Of a DNA stretch of 64,000 bases, positions 19,751 to 28,409 are shown one piece after another. Each line of letters starts with the position of its first letter. Position 1 is the stretch's first letter. The notes beneath the pieces are model-generated. The model searched no databases, was not told where the DNA came from, and saw only the letters and a list, made by a program, of their open reading frames with translations. This stretch comes from an uncultured Neomegalonema sp. (lineage in GTDB: Bacteria; Pseudomonadota; Alphaproteobacteria; Rhodobacterales; Rhodobacteraceae), in assembly GCA_964549375.1 (NCBI GenBank), contig CAZJWF010000002.1, positions 23,592 to 87,591 of the forward strand, read 5' to 3'. The position numbers and the translations under genes were made by a program.

Positions 19751-20970
19751 CCCCAACTAACGAACGCATCACTGATCTGAAATCGGCTGGCAAACTTCCC
19801 CGGTGGTTCCATACGGTCTTTAGCACGGTTCAATGCCTGGAGCGCGGGCGTCTCGAAATCACGCTTCCTGATGGTCGGACATTTGTTGCGGAAGGCCAAG
19901 ACGACGGGCCAGTCGGCATCGTGCATTGCCACAACAACAAAACATGGGGCCGCACCATTCGAGACGGTGCCGATATTGGCTTTGCCGAAGCTTACGTCGA
20001 TGGATGGTGGTCAACGCCAGACCTGCATGCCGTTCTGGACGTGTCGCTTCTGAACAACGAGGAGATGGCACGAAACCTGACGATGACGCCCGTCGCACGC
20101 TTCGTTGAAGGATTCCGCCATTTGATGCGGCGAAACACACGCAAGGGATCGCGCAAGAACATCCATGCTCACTATGATCTCGGCAATGCGTTCTATGAGT
20201 TGTGGCTGGATCGCAGCATGACGTATTCCTCCGCGCTCTATTCTTCGCCGGGCGACACGCTTGAGATGGCACAGCAAAATAAGTACGCGGCGCTCTGCGA
20301 CAATTTACAGTTAGAGAGGGACCAATCCGTTCTGGAAATCGGCTGTGGTTGGGGCGGTTTTGCCGAATACGCCGCGAAAGAACGCGGCGCAAAAGTGACT
20401 GGCGTGACCATTTCTCAGGAACAGCACGATTATGCGAAAAAGCGCATTTTCGACGCAGGACTGAATGAGCGCGTTGAGATCGTGATGCGCGACTATCGCG
20501 ACGAAACTGGCCAGTATGATCGCGTTGCATCGATTGAAATGTTTGAAGCCGTCGGCGAAAAGTTTTGGCCGGTATTTTTCAACTCGCTTCGTGACCGCCT
20601 CGTTCCCGGTGGCCTTGCCTCGATGCAAGTCATCACCATCGCTGATCACTTGTTTGAGGGGTATCGCGGTAAGGTGGATTTTGTGCAAAAGCACATTTTT
20701 CCAGGCGGGATGTTGCCATCGCCCAGCGCGTTGCGTGAGCAAACGAGCAAGGCCGGTTTAACTTGGCACGGATCGCAGGAATTCGGCCAAAGCTACTCGA
20801 CCACCCTGCGGAAATGGTCCACCGAATTTAACGACAAATGGGACGAAATTGTCCCGCTCGGTTTTGATGAATCCTTCCGCCGTAAATGGAACTTTTACCT
20901 CGCGAGCTGTGCGGCTTGTTTCCTCGCCGAGACAACCGACGTCACGCAACTAACCCTACAAAAAGCGTAG
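19747..20970 (+). CDS. Cyclopropane-fatty-acyl-phospholipid synthase family SAM-dependent methyltransferase
   Basis: HYDLGN.FY..WLD..M.YSSA, VLEIGCGWGG SAM motif, and IFPGG.LPS. Confidence 0.9.
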   Translation: MTPTNERITDLKSAGKLPRWFHTVFSTVQCLERGRLEITLPDGRTFVAEGQDDGPVGIVHCHNNKTWGRTIRDGADIGFAEAYVDGWWSTPDLHAVLDVSLLNNEEMARNLTMTPVARFVEGFRHLMRRNTRKGSRKNIHAHYDLGNAFYELWLDRSMTYSSALYSSPGDTLEMAQQNKYAALCDNLQLERDQSVLEIGCGWGGFAEYAAKERGAKVTGVTISQEQHDYAKKRIFDAGLNERVEIVMRDYRDETGQYDRVASIEMFEAVGEKFWPVFFNSLRDRLVPGGLASMQVITIADHLFEGYRGKVDFVQKHIFPGGMLPSPSALREQTSKAGLTWHGSQEFGQSYSTTLRKWSTEFNDKWDEIVPLGFDESFRRKWNFYLASCAACFLAETTDVTQLTLQKA

Positions 20971-21039
20971 CGCTCACAAAGATTGCGATTCGGATCGTTT
21001 CGTGGAATTTCTTGTTGTGATGACAAAGGGATTCTTACA

Positions 21040-22260
21040 ATGAGCGCGACGGTTGATTTTCAAACTCCAAAACGCAGCAGCTATGACGTAATTATCGTCG
21101 GCGGGGCAATGTATGGCTCGTCGGTTGCATGGTGGCTGTCGGACAATTCGGATTTTGATGGTACTGTTCTGGTCGTGGAGCGGAATCCCACTTACGAAAA
21201 CACATCCACAACCTGCACCAACAGTTGTATTCGCCAACAATTTTCCAACGAAATCAACGTTCAAGTTTCTCAATTTGGCGCTGAGTACATTAAGAATTTC
21301 CGAGAATTCATGGGCAATGACGACCGCGTTCCTGATGTCGTGTTGCAAAGCTATGGATACATGTATCTGGCCGACACGGAAGAGTTCGCGCAGACTCTCC
21401 GGGAAGCGCAAGCCGTCCAACAATCGCTCGGGTCGGCCACCAAACACATGACCCGCGATGAGATCGCACGCGATTACCCGTTCTATATGCTCGACGATAT
21501 TATCGGCGCGAACCACAACCTCGTCGATGAGGGGTATTTCGACGGCAATACGCTGTTTGACTGGTGGAAGCGATCCGCACGAGAGCGTGGGGTTGAGTAT
21601 CTGACCAACGAAGTAACCGCGATGACCAAAAATGCGGCGGGCACCACCGTTGAGAGCGTGACGCTCTCAACCGGCGAAACGCTCTCTTGCGGAACCGTCA
21701 TCAACTGTTCCGGCCCGCGCGCCATTCTGACGTCGCGCATGGCTGGCATCGAAATCCCAGTCGAGCCACGCAAGCGCTACACGTTCATCTTTGACGCCGA
21801 GCAACCTTTGGACCGCGACTTGCCTTTGACGATTGATCCCTCCGGCGTGCATATGCGGACCGATGGCCAGTATTATCTCGCAGGCTGTCCACCGGATGAA
21901 GACCCCGCCGTCGATTACGATGACTTCGTTCAGGATCACTCGATCTGGGAGGAAAAGGCGTGGCCTACGATTGCCAACCGCATCCCGCAATTTGAGGCAA
22001 TCAAGCTGATCAATTCATGGGCGGGGCATTACGCCTTTAACGTCCTCGATCAGAATGCGATCATTGGGCCGCATAACGAGGTATCGAACTTTATTTTCGT
22101 CAACGGGTTCTCTGGCCACGGTTTTCAACAGTCACCCGCGATGGGACGCGGCGTGGCCGAGTGGGTCGCGCATGGGGAATATCGGTCCCTTGACCTGTCG
22201 CCCTTCGGATATGATCGCGTTGCCGAAGGACGGAAGTTTCTGGAAACTGCCATTATCTAA
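21040..22260 (+). CDS. FAD-dependent oxidoreductase (DAO family)
   Basis: ATG at 21040 gives MSATVDFQTPKRSSYDVIIVGGAMYGSS. C-terminal GFSGHGFQQSPA motif. Confidence 0.85.
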   Translation: MSATVDFQTPKRSSYDVIIVGGAMYGSSVAWWLSDNSDFDGTVLVVERNPTYENTSTTCTNSCIRQQFSNEINVQVSQFGAEYIKNFREFMGNDDRVPDVVLQSYGYMYLADTEEFAQTLREAQAVQQSLGSATKHMTRDEIARDYPFYMLDDIIGANHNLVDEGYFDGNTLFDWWKRSARERGVEYLTNEVTAMTKNAAGTTVESVTLSTGETLSCGTVINCSGPRAILTSRMAGIEIPVEPRKRYTFIFDAEQPLDRDLPLTIDPSGVHMRTDGQYYLAGCPPDEDPAVDYDDFVQDHSIWEEKAWPTIANRIPQFEAIKLINSWAGHYAFNVLDQNAIIGPHNEVSNFIFVNGFSGHGFQQSPAMGRGVAEWVAHGEYRSLDLSPFGYDRVAEGRKFLETAII

Positions 22261-23054
22261 TGCTGAACCCAAGCAGCAAGTTTCTCGTCTTTACGGATAT
22301 CCACATTGATGTGGACCCAAGGGCTGATGCGCCCAATGCGGAAGAACGGCTGATTACTGGCATTCGCCATGCCATAACACATCAGCCCAATGCAGAGCGG
22401 GTTATCATCACTGGTGATCTGACCCACAAGGGAGACATCGCATCTTACGAACGGCTACGCGAGTTGCTGACGTCGTTAAAGATGCCAGTCCATTTGCTGC
22501 CGGGCAATCATGATAATCGCGACAACTTCCTGAGGATCTTTCCTGAGACCGTCACCGATCCCAATGGCTTCGTTCAAGATGTTATTGAGACGCCCGACAC
22601 AAGGTTGGTTTTGCTCGATACGCTTTTCGGCCCGCCCTACGACTATCCGGAGTCTCATGCCGGAAAATTATGTGAACATCGGTTGGGTTGGCTTGAAAAA
22701 ACGCTGTCGGAATCCACGAAGCCCTGCGTCATCTTGATGCACCACCCCCCGATGCCGACGGGATTTGCGGCGATGGATTCCATCATGCTGCGAGATAGCG
22801 ATGCGTTCTATCACGTGGTCGAGAAAGTTGGGAATGTGCGGCATTTGATTTGCGGCCACATCCATCGAACGATTTCCGGTACCTACCGCAACTTATCTTA
22901 TTCAATGTTAAAGAGTTTTGTCGGCCAAATGCCGATGGATTTAGCCACGACGAACACCTGTATCGAAGTCAATGAGCCGCCAGCTTATGCCATTGTTTTG
23001 ACCTCACCCAAGGGAATTACAGTACATTATGAGGACTTTTTGTTGAATACTTAA
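22260..23054 (+). CDS. Metallophosphoesterase, GpdQ/CpdA-like phosphodiesterase
   Basis: TDIH, GDLTHKGD, GNHDN, HHPP and GHIH metal-ligand motifs. TAATG 1-nt overlap with the upstream gene. Confidence 0.85.
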   Translation: MLNPSSKFLVFTDIHIDVDPRADAPNAEERLITGIRHAITHQPNAERVIITGDLTHKGDIASYERLRELLTSLKMPVHLLPGNHDNRDNFLRIFPETVTDPNGFVQDVIETPDTRLVLLDTLFGPPYDYPESHAGKLCEHRLGWLEKTLSESTKPCVILMHHPPMPTGFAAMDSIMLRDSDAFYHVVEKVGNVRHLICGHIHRTISGTYRNLSYSMLKSFVGQMPMDLATTNTCIEVNEPPAYAIVLTSPKGITVHYEDFLLNT

Positions 23055-23148
23055 GAATGTTTAATTCCGTTAACACATAGAATTTTATAGATATTTATCG
23101 CTAAATTGTGCTCAGTAACTAATTTTCTGGCAACAGACCTAGAGTACA

Positions 23149-23511
23149 ATGGGCTTCTCAAATTCAGGGGAAGTCATGTCATCTGCCTCAGCACTTCAGG
23201 ATCCGGTGATCGACCGCCAAGCTCTAGATCGCCACACGATGGGCAATGCTGCGCTTCAGCAAGAGCTCTTCATCCTCTTTTTTGACCAGATGCCGGTCTA
23301 TCTGGATCAACTCGACGAGGCTGTTGCCAGCAACGATAAAGATAGCTGGCGCATGGCCGCTCATGGCATCAAGGGCTCCAGCCGCGCTCTTGGTTTCACG
23401 CGGCTCGCGAAGATGTCTGCTGAATGCGAGACTATAATGCCTCAGGCTGAAGCGCTTGAAGAACTCCGCAGCGCCATCCAAGAAACGCGCAACAATCTTG
23501 AAGGGGCATGA
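23149..23511 (+). CDS. Stand-alone HPt (histidine phosphotransfer) domain protein
   Basis: AAHGIKGSSRALG phospho-His motif. A better start is probably ATG 23176, preceded by GGGGA. Confidence 0.75.
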   Translation: MGFSNSGEVMSSASALQDPVIDRQALDRHTMGNAALQQELFILFFDQMPVYLDQLDEAVASNDKDSWRMAAHGIKGSSRALGFTRLAKMSAECETIMPQAEALEELRSAIQETRNNLEGA

Positions 23512-23515
23512 CCAA

Positions 23516-24517
23516 TTAGGCTCCTTCGATACGGACAACGACCTTTCCGGTTGCTTTTCGATCCTCTAACAACTTAAGACCGTCCGCCGCATTTTCGAGT
23601 GGATACACATCTGAAATTAAGGGCGAAATCTTACCGTCGACGGCCCAATCAAACAGCCGCGAGAGGCTTTCGGCCATAACATCCGGCGCGTGATCGAAAT
23701 AAGCGCCCCACCAAAACCCAACCACATCGATATTTTTGACCAGCAGGTGATTAGCCTTCAGTGGCGGAACGTCGCCTGACGCGAAACCAATGGGCATATA
23801 CCGCCCTTCGAATGCGCACGCGCGCAGCAAAGCGGTGCCCAGCGCACCGCCAACTGGATCGTAAATCACATCGGCCCCTTTGCCGGAGGTCAATTCCCGA
23901 ATGTGATCCCGTAAAGCTGAGGTTTCGAGGTCGAAATCATCGGAATCAAGGACGATCTCCGCGCCCTTATCCCGCGCAGCGCTCGCTTTTTCTTCGCCGC
24001 GCGCCACCGCAATAACCCGCGCACCCATTAACACGCCCAGTTCAACGGCTGTGAGACCAACTCCGCCGCCAGCCCCCGCAACGACCAATACTTCGCCCGC
24101 CCGCAATCGCGCCCGCCGGGCGAGGGCCAATTCGGATGAGCCATAGGCAATGGGGATGGCCGCGACCGCGTCGTCACTCAATCCATGAGGGGCCGCCGCG
24201 CAGGCGTCGGCCTTGACCACCGCATATTCGGCTAAGCCGCCAGAACCACAATAGGCGGCGACGCGCGTGCCGCGCCATCCGGGGTCTAAACCTTCACCAA
24301 CCGCATCAATCTGGCCGCAGATTTCACCGCCCGGAGAAAACGGCAGCAGCGGCGTTTGTTGATATGTGCCGCGGGTCATGAGCAAATCGGCAAAATTCAG
24401 CCCGCACGCTGAAACTTTCACCCGGACCTTACCTGGCCCCGGCTCCAGTTCATCCACCTCTCGCATCGCAACATCATCAAGGCCGTTAAAGCTTTCGCAA
24501 AGAAGTGCCTTCATCAT
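23516..24517 (-). CDS. NADPH:quinone oxidoreductase family (MDR superfamily)
   Basis: 333 aa. VKVSACGLNFAD and AGAGGVGL cofactor motif. Confidence 0.9.
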   Translation of the reverse strand: MMKALLCESFNGLDDVAMREVDELEPGPGKVRVKVSACGLNFADLLMTRGTYQQTPLLPFSPGGEICGQIDAVGEGLDPGWRGTRVAAYCGSGGLAEYAVVKADACAAAPHGLSDDAVAAIPIAYGSSELALARRARLRAGEVLVVAGAGGGVGLTAVELGVLMGARVIAVARGEEKASAARDKGAEIVLDSDDFDLETSALRDHIRELTSGKGADVIYDPVGGALGTALLRACAFEGRYMPIGFASGDVPPLKANHLLVKNIDVVGFWWGAYFDHAPDVMAESLSRLFDWAVDGKISPLISDVYPLENAADGLKLLEDRKATGKVVVRIEGA

Positions 24518-24620
24518 TTGTTTATATATTCCAATTCGTTGCGAACGAGGCGTTTACCCTTTTGAGGTACATTAAACAAGTTGTGCAGATGTAGAAACTA
24601 TTTGCATCCAAGGAGTTCGG

Positions 24621-25205
24621 ATGTCAGGCGCCAATTACCGTAGAGCCACCAAGAACCATGCGGTTCGGGTCGATCATACTGATGGCAGTGTGACGAACGG
24701 TTTCGTGCCGGTTCCCATGGGTATGGATTTCGTTGGCACGATGATGCAAGCGCAGCATTTCCTGCATTTCGAAACCGATGATGGTGAGTTGACGTTGATG
24801 AACGTCGCGGCGATCAAACGGATTACCAGTGTCGAGGATGTAGAAGCAAACGCCAGAGAAGCACAAACCAAAGCAGATAAAATTCGCGCTGAACGCGAGG
24901 CAGAAGACGCTCGAAAACGTGCCGAAGAGGAAGCCGAGAGAAAAGCCGAAGCAGAGGCGAGAGCGCGTGCGAGCGGCATCAACTGGACCGCAGCAGAATA
25001 CGACGCGCTGGAAATCCTTGGCCTCAAGGCAAAGACCACCAAAGACGAAATTTCCACCGCTTATCGAAAATTGGTCAAGCTGTATCACCCTGACCGCTTG
25101 CGGGGCCTTGGCGTCTCGCAAAAGAAGATCGCGTTTGCAGCAGACCGGCTTGCCGAGATCAATGACGCTTACCGCCTGCTTACTAGTTCGGAAAAGGCAG
25201 CCTAG
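24621..25205 (+). CDS. J domain-containing protein with uncharacterised N-terminal domain
   Basis: C-terminal YDALEILGL....EISTAYRKLVKLYHPDR (HPD) motif. Central E/R/A-rich charged linker. Confidence 0.8.
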   Translation: MSGANYRRATKNHAVRVDHTDGSVTNGFVPVPMGMDFVGTMMQAQHFLHFETDDGELTLMNVAAIKRITSVEDVEANAREAQTKADKIRAEREAEDARKRAEEEAERKAEAEARARASGINWTAAEYDALEILGLKAKTTKDEISTAYRKLVKLYHPDRLRGLGVSQKKIAFAADRLAEINDAYRLLTSSEKAA

Positions 25206-26155
25206 CGTCGATTTGCGAGGCGTTCTAGCGCCGCAATCACGTCGGATTGTGCGACCTGATGCGCCATGTGACCGACGCCGGGCAGCTCGGTTAAACGAAC
25301 CGCCCGGTTCGTCGCCTTGAACCGCCTTGCGTGTTCCTCAATCGGTACAATTTTATCCTCGGTTCCATGCAGCAACTCGACGGGTACTTTCAGTGCCGCA
25401 TAGCCTTGGGAGGTAATCCTCATGGCCTGATTCACGTTGGTAATATCCCGACCATTTTCCCGAAACGTCGCGGGACGCGACGCCAGCTCTGCGCCGATAA
25501 AGTCGACATACCCCTCTGGCGGAGTTTGAGGACGAAACACACGCCTCACCGCATTTTTGATGCCCCCATTCAAGGCGCGGTTTCGGACAAGTGCATTAAC
25601 GGGTGGGCCGAACACCGCCGTTGCAGCGGCGGCATGATAGGCGTTGTCCCCGGCAGGCCAAGGATAGGTCAATCCCGATACGATTACCGCTCCGGCAAGG
25701 CTCTCCGGCGCATCCACCGCCCAAGCCGCAGCCACCGCCCCGCCATAGCTGTGACCCAATACAATCGGCTTTTGCACCCCAAGCTCGGCGGCACCAGCGC
25801 GCAAGATCGCCGCTTGTATGGAGGGTGTATCGGCGCGCCCTGTTCCCCTTTCGGAATAGCCGTGGCCCGGACGATCAAACGCAAGGGCGGTAAAGCCTCG
25901 TTCCACGATGGCGTCGCTCAATGCGAACGTAAAATCACGCAAATTGCCCGACGCGCCGTGAATTAAAACAACCGTCGGACCTGACCCACGTTTGTCATAG
26001 TGAAGGCGGGTTCCCGCCGCTGTCACGAACTCTCCAATCGGCGGGTATTGCGCCTCAATCGTCGCAACGAACTGTGAGGCTGGCGGCGAACACGCGATTA
26101 CAAGACCCGTCGTTCCAAGCCCGAGCAACGCTGCGCGGCGTGTCCATCGTGACAT
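25202..26155 (-). CDS. Alpha/beta hydrolase (Tat/lipoprotein-like signal)
   Basis: ATG at 26155 gives MSRWTRRAALLGLGTTGLVIAC. HGASGN and GHSYGG nucleophile elbow, with GH near the C-terminus. Confidence 0.85.
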   Translation of the reverse strand: MSRWTRRAALLGLGTTGLVIACSPPASQFVATIEAQYPPIGEFVTAAGTRLHYDKRGSGPTVVLIHGASGNLRDFTFALSDAIVERGFTALAFDRPGHGYSERGTGRADTPSIQAAILRAGAAELGVQKPIVLGHSYGGAVAAAWAVDAPESLAGAVIVSGLTYPWPAGDNAYHAAAATAVFGPPVNALVRNRALNGGIKNAVRRVFRPQTPPEGYVDFIGAELASRPATFRENGRDITNVNQAMRITSQGYAALKVPVELLHGTEDKIVPIEEHARRFKATNRAVRLTELPGVGHMAHQVAQSDVIAALERLANRR

Positions 26156-26302
26156 CGCGTTTTCCTTTATGATGAGCATCCAAGTAGGATTCCGGCTCAC
26201 CGACTTCAATCCACCCGCACCGAACTCACATCGTTTTGAGCAGATCAGAAAATTTTCCATTGACATTCGTTCTTTTTATGTTCTAGTTAGCGGTGTTATT
26301 TT

Positions 26303-26893
26303 TTGACGGAAGGCAAAAGCAGCGTGGACTTCGAACAGACCTTGGAAACTCAGCGGCTTCGCCTGCTCCGCATTGTCGCGGCGCTGGTTGTTGCGGTGGG
26401 AGTTCTGGCTTTAGGTCCGGTATCACGCGGTTTTTCGGAGTGGACCCTTGGTTTTGTCGGATCGATTTTGTCGCGCGCTGAGGCAGCAGCACGGTATTTA
26501 TTGATTGCGCAGGCCCGTTCGATGGTTTTTCGCAGCAATTCTGATCTCGACACCCATCAGATATTCGAGATGTTTGCCCCAGATTTGGCCCCGGACGAAA
26601 CGGATGTTTCGTTGTCAGAGTACCAGAGGCGGCTAAAGGCATTGCATGCCGTGCTGATGGACTTGCCGTTCCATGCCGCGCGTTTGCTTCGCCGGTTCGA
26701 GAAACAGATGCGCCGAGCGGCGGGATCGAAAGGTCAGCTTTCACGCCTCCCTCATCTCGACCAATCGCCTTTATTCTGCGCGTGGCATCTGACTGCCAAC
26801 CGTATTGAGCGTCCGCCTGACAAATGCGCGACAATAACACCTCGGATCGTTTCAACTCCCTCCGGTTTCCGGGCGGGAGGCGTAGTCGGTTGA
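26303..26893 (+). CDS. Hypothetical protein (one TM segment)
   Basis: 196-aa ORF with a more protein-like translation than the antisense 190-aa ORF (26283..26855). No family recognised. Confidence 0.4.
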   Translation: MTEGKSSVDFEQTLETQRLRLLRIVAALVVAVGVLALGPVSRGFSEWTLGFVGSILSRAEAAARYLLIAQARSMVFRSNSDLDTHQIFEMFAPDLAPDETDVSLSEYQRRLKALHAVLMDLPFHAARLLRRFEKQMRRAAGSKGQLSRLPHLDQSPLFCAWHLTANRIERPPDKCATITPRIVSTPSGFRAGGVVG

Positions 26894-27038
26894 GCCATCA
26901 CGCGATAGCTCACGAAAAGCGGATATTCTAGTTTTCCCACTGCCGCATTCGCAGCCAAATAAATTTGCCAATTTTCCCGGTCTATGCCACCCCAGTGGGG
27001 AACCGTGCATTCGGTAAAAGCACAAACTTTATATGTGA

Positions 27039-28340
27039 ATGGGGAAGAAAATGACGGATATCAATGAACTCGGATTCGACACACGCATGATCCATGCGGG
27101 AGCGGTGCCCGATCCCGCAACTGGCGCACGGCAGACCCCAATCTATCAAACAACCTCGTTCGTCTTCAAAGATGCCGCCCATGCCGCGCGCCTGTTCAGT
27201 TTGCAGGAAGTTGGCTACATCTATTCACGTCTGACCAACCCGACCGTTGGCGCTTTGCAAGATCGCTGTGCCTCGCTGGAAGGTGGTGTTGGGGCCGTGG
27301 CTACGTCGTCTGGACACGCCGCGCAGATTCTCGCCCTCTTCCCGCTCATGAGTCCGGGGAAGAATATCGTCGCTGCCCGGAAACTCTATGGCGGATCAAT
27401 CAACCAATTCTCGAATGCCTTTAAGCGGTTTGGATGGGACGTTAAGTTCGTTGAAGGCGATAATATTGACGAAGTCGCAGCAGCCGTTGATGACAACACC
27501 CGCGCCCTTTTTTGCGAGAGCCTCGCAAACCCCGGCGGCGTTGTTACGGACCTAGAAGGCTGGGCAAACACCGCGAATGAGAAAGGCTTACCGCTCATCG
27601 TCGACAACACGATGGCCACCGCTGCGCTGTGCCGACCCATCGAACACGGTGCAACAATTGTCGTGAACTCGACGACAAAATTCCTGAGCGGTAATGGTAC
27701 GTCTATCGGCGGCGTTGTGATCGACAGCGGAACGTTTGACTGGACAAAGAGCGGAAAGTTCCCGTCGCTGTCCGAACCCGCCCCGGAATACAACGGTATC
27801 AAATTCCATGAAGCCCTTGGACCAATGGCATTTACATTCTTCGGAATTGCCGTTGGTCTGCGCGATCTGGGTGCCGCACAGACGCCGCAAAATGCATTCT
27901 ACACGCTGCTCGGCATGGAAACGCTTTCGCTGCGGATGGAACGCCATTCCGAAAACGCGCTTAAGGTGGCCAAGCACCTCGAAGGACATGCAGCGGTCGA
28001 GTATGTCAGCTATGCTGGCCTCGACTCGTCGCCGTACAATGCCGCCGCGAAAAAGTACCTGCCGAACGGCGCGGGTGCTGTCTTTACTGTCGGCCTGAAA
28101 GGTGGGTATGACGCGGGCGTGTCGCTGGTCGACAACTTACAGCTTTTCTCACATCTCGCGAACATCGGCGATGCGCGGTCTTTGGTTATCCATTCGGCCT
28201 CGACCACGCACTCGCAACTCTCGGACGAAGAAAAGACCGCTGCCGGAGCCGGGCCTGAAGTGGTGCGCCTGTCGGTCGGTCTGGAGAATGCAGAAGACCT
28301 GATCGCGGACTTGGATCAAGCGCTGGCGAAGAGTGCGTAG
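27039..28340 (+). CDS. metY: O-acetylhomoserine aminocarboxypropyltransferase/sulfhydrylase
   Basis: GF.TR.IHAG, YSRLTNPT and NSTTKFL.GNG (PLP lysine) motifs. The start may be ATG 27051. Confidence 0.9.
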   Translation: MGKKMTDINELGFDTRMIHAGAVPDPATGARQTPIYQTTSFVFKDAAHAARLFSLQEVGYIYSRLTNPTVGALQDRCASLEGGVGAVATSSGHAAQILALFPLMSPGKNIVAARKLYGGSINQFSNAFKRFGWDVKFVEGDNIDEVAAAVDDNTRALFCESLANPGGVVTDLEGWANTANEKGLPLIVDNTMATAALCRPIEHGATIVVNSTTKFLSGNGTSIGGVVIDSGTFDWTKSGKFPSLSEPAPEYNGIKFHEALGPMAFTFFGIAVGLRDLGAAQTPQNAFYTLLGMETLSLRMERHSENALKVAKHLEGHAAVEYVSYAGLDSSPYNAAAKKYLPNGAGAVFTVGLKGGYDAGVSLVDNLQLFSHLANIGDARSLVIHSASTTHSQLSDEEKTAAGAGPEVVRLSVGLENAEDLIADLDQALAKSA

Positions 28341-28365
28341 GCCCAACGCTCCCATCCATCCTTTT

Positions 28366-28395
28366 GTTGCCCGGCATGTCCGGGCAATTCATCTT
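28366..28395 (+). terminator. Rho-independent terminator after metY
   Basis: TTGCCCGG-catgt-CCGGGCAA perfect 8-bp stem followed by TTCATCTTT. Confidence 0.6.
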
Positions 28396-28409
28396 TAGGA
28401 ACAACTTCA

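Noticed and set aside
19163-20530. 186-aa and 223-aa minus-strand ORFs
   Set aside because: They are antisense shadows of the DUF1365 and CFA-synthase-like genes. Their translations are R/S/C-rich and unfamiliar.
23062-23075. TTAA-N5-TTAAC upstream of the HPt gene, resembling a CtrA box
   Set aside because: The CtrA consensus is TTAA-N7-TTAAC, and the spacer here is 5 nt.
26894-27038. Possible SAM-II/SAM-V riboswitch in the metY leader (two AAAGC elements, small hairpins)
   Set aside because: I could not assemble the conserved core (a GAUUU/GGCUU loop, then UUGCA, then a 3' AAAGCU pseudoknot partner) in the right order. It needs an Infernal scan before any claim is made.
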